Assembly: GCA_052390575.1 (NCBI GenBank)
Contig: JBQTGU010000050.1
Location: 262 to 64,261, forward strand
DNA: 64,000 bases
Direction: 5' to 3'
Source: Actinomycetota bacterium
GTDB lineage: Bacteria; Actinomycetota; Acidimicrobiia; IMCC26256; JACDBD01
Below the pieces are notes generated by a model. It was not told the DNA's origin. It saw only the letters and a program-made list of their open reading frames with translations, and did not search any database. How positions within the stretch are numbered: position 1 is the first letter of the stretch; every line of letters starts with the position of its first letter. Both the position numbers and the translations under genes were made by a program. This document shows positions 62,384-64,000 of the stretch, one piece after another.

Positions 62384-63562
62384 TCAGCCTCTCGGAAGCC
62401 CGAGCACGCGCTGGGCGATGATGTTGCGCTGGATCTCCGAGGAACCACCCGCGATCGTGCTGGCGAAGCTGACGAAGAAGCTGTGGGCCCAGCGCCCGTC
62501 TTCCTCGCTGCGGTCGGGATCGACGACCGCCCCGTACGCACCCTGGAGCTCCATCCCGAGCCCGAAGCACGCCTTCCCGAGCTCCGACGTGGCCATCTTC
62601 ATGTAGGAGTGCTCGGGCGCGGAGCTGCCCTGGGCGAAGCTGGCGAAGCCCTTGTAACCCAGCGCCCGCAGGCTGGCGGCCCGCTCGTGCAGCTCGGCCA
62701 GGCGGCGCCGCACCGCGGGGTCCTCGGCCAGCCCTCGCCGTCGGGCCAGGGCGATGAGTGACGCGACGGTGTGCTCGAGCCGGCTGACGCTCTCGACCCA
62801 GAGGCCGGCCCGTTCGTGCGCGAGCGAACCCTGGGTGATGCGCCAGCCGTCGTCGAGGCCGCCGACGAGGTTCTCGCGGGGCACGACGACGTCGGTGAAG
62901 AACACCTCGGCGAAGTTGGCCGCGCCGGTGATGTGGCGCAGCGGGCGGATCTCGATGCCGGGCGCGTCCATCTCGACGATCAGGAGGCTGATGCCCTTGT
63001 GCTTCGGGACGTCGGGGTTGGTACGGACGTAGCAGAAGCACTGCTGAGCCACCGTCGCGTAGCTCGTCCAGACCTTCTGGCCGTTGACCACGAAGTGGTC
63101 GTCGTGCACTGCGGCGCGCGTCTGGATGCCGGCGAGGTCGGAGCCGGCGTTGGGCTCGCTCATGCCGATGCACCAAATCGTGTCGCCGCGGATGGCCGCG
63201 GGCGCGAGCGTCTGCTGCGCGAGGGTGCCGAACTCGAGCAAGCTGGGGGCGACGATCGCGTACCCGGGGAAGTGCATCGAGCGGGGAATGCTCCGGCGCG
63301 CCATCTCCTCCAGGTAGACGAGGGTCTGGATCGGGGTGCAGTCCCGCCCGCCGAGCTCGGGCGGGTACGCGGGGATCATCCAGCCGTGGTCGAACAGCGT
63401 GGCCTGCCACTTGCGAGCCCACGCGGGGACGATGTCGCCCGAGCCGGTCTCGTCGGTGGCGAAGTCGCGCTGCACCAACGCCTCCGGGGGCGCGTGCTCG
63501 TCGAGGACGGCGACGAGCTCCGCCCGGAACGCCTCCTCCTCCGGGCCCCAGCCGAGCTGCAC
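62384..63562 (-). CDS. Acyl-CoA dehydrogenase
   Basis: EPNAGSDLA and GGSSEIQRNIIAQRVLGLPR motifs. The start is moved to the GTG at Val27 of the track ORF. Confidence 0.85.
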   Translation of the reverse strand: MQLGWGPEEEAFRAELVAVLDEHAPPEALVQRDFATDETGSGDIVPAWARKWQATLFDHGWMIPAYPPELGGRDCTPIQTLVYLEEMARRSIPRSMHFPGYAIVAPSLLEFGTLAQQTLAPAAIRGDTIWCIGMSEPNAGSDLAGIQTRAAVHDDHFVVNGQKVWTSYATVAQQCFCYVRTNPDVPKHKGISLLIVEMDAPGIEIRPLRHITGAANFAEVFFTDVVVPRENLVGGLDDGWRITQGSLAHERAGLWVESVSRLEHTVASLIALARRRGLAEDPAVRRRLAELHERAASLRALGYKGFASFAQGSSAPEHSYMKMATSELGKACFGLGMELQGAYGAVVDPDRSEEDGRWAHSFFVSFASTIAGGSSEIQRNIIAQRVLGLPRG

Positions 63563-63566
63563 TGCG

Positions 63567-64000
63567 TTACTGCTCCGCCGGGGTGAGGAACGCCGGCACG
63601 CCCTCGCCCGATTTGGCGAACAACGTGCCGCGGTGGGCATCGATGCTCTCGATCGTCCAGGGCTTGTCGTCGGTCGCCTCGGTCAGCGGTCGCCACCCCT
63701 GGACGATCTGCACCAGCCCACCCTGCACCTTCACCACCTGGCCCGAGATCGGGGCCGAGAGATCGGAGGCGAGCCAACACGCGGCCGCGGCCGCGTTCTC
63801 GGGAGCGAAGCGATCGAACTCCCCCTCCTTGGCGGCCATGTACTCACCGGCGCCGGGGACCTCCTCGGTCAAGCGGGTGCGCGCCACCGGGCAGATCGCG
63901 TTGGCGCGCACGCCGATCTGCTCCAGCTCACGGGCGAGCACGAGCGTCATGGCGGCGATGCCGGCCTTGGCCGCGGCGTAGTTCACCTGGCCGGCGTTGC
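63567..64000 (-). CDS. SDR family oxidoreductase (5' end lies beyond the window)
   Basis: NYAAAKAGI catalytic YxxxK. The C-terminal extension resembles the other SDR in this window. The gene is truncated by the window edge. Confidence 0.75.
   Translation of the reverse strand, partial: NAGQVNYAAAKAGIAAMTLVLARELEQIGVRANAICPVARTRLTEEVPGAGEYMAAKEGEFDRFAPENAAAAACWLASDLSAPISGQVVKVQGGLVQIVQGWRPLTEATDDKPWTIESIDAHRGTLFAKSGEGVPAFLTPAEQ

Noticed and set aside
1-64000. I scanned the window for CRISPR arrays, rRNA, tRNA, IS-element inverted repeats, integrases and obvious toxin-antitoxin or phage-defence genes.
   Set aside because: I found none. The only mobile element I can support is the group II intron. 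The intergenic gaps are short (mostly under 110 nt) and are accounted for by hairpins or the repeats reported above.

Overview
This is a roughly 70% GC, Actinomycetota-like chromosomal segment, densely packed with about 65 genes. Many neighbouring genes overlap by 4 nt at their start and stop codons. Most long ORFs in the six-frame track are off-frame or antisense shadows, so I called genes from recognisable motifs and recomputed start codons from the ORF-track coordinates.

**Content**
- A group II intron with its reverse transcriptase (RT)/maturase lies at the left edge.
- Housekeeping genes include an alcohol dehydrogenase, a quinone oxidoreductase, helD, pepF, fumC, a glutathione peroxidase, lon, arfB and a cold-shock gene.
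- There are two ABC importers: an Opp/Dpp-type system and a Liv-type system with duplicated binding proteins and a fused permease.
- Several lipid or steroid-type beta-oxidation modules are present.
- A GMC-oxidoreductase operon and a hydantoinase / heme-oxygenase-like / amine-oxidase cluster are also present.
- I found no rRNA, tRNA or CRISPR array.

**Main findings**
1. A gene is split in the ORF track by an in-frame TGA in a 'GLGN-TGA-GSCTSW' context. I read it as a selenocysteine (U-G-S-C) protein heading a small operon.
2. A ~100-nt element occurs twice between cistrons of a dodecin/nitroreductase operon. Its flanks are conserved and its central GC hairpin differs in sequence but not in structure.
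3. An untracked 37-aa ORF matches the classical C2H2 zinc-finger pattern exactly. It is the last cistron of an operon.
4. The fused LivHM permease carries an unexplained 221-aa C-terminal membrane extension.

All functional calls come from motif recognition by eye. No database search was run.
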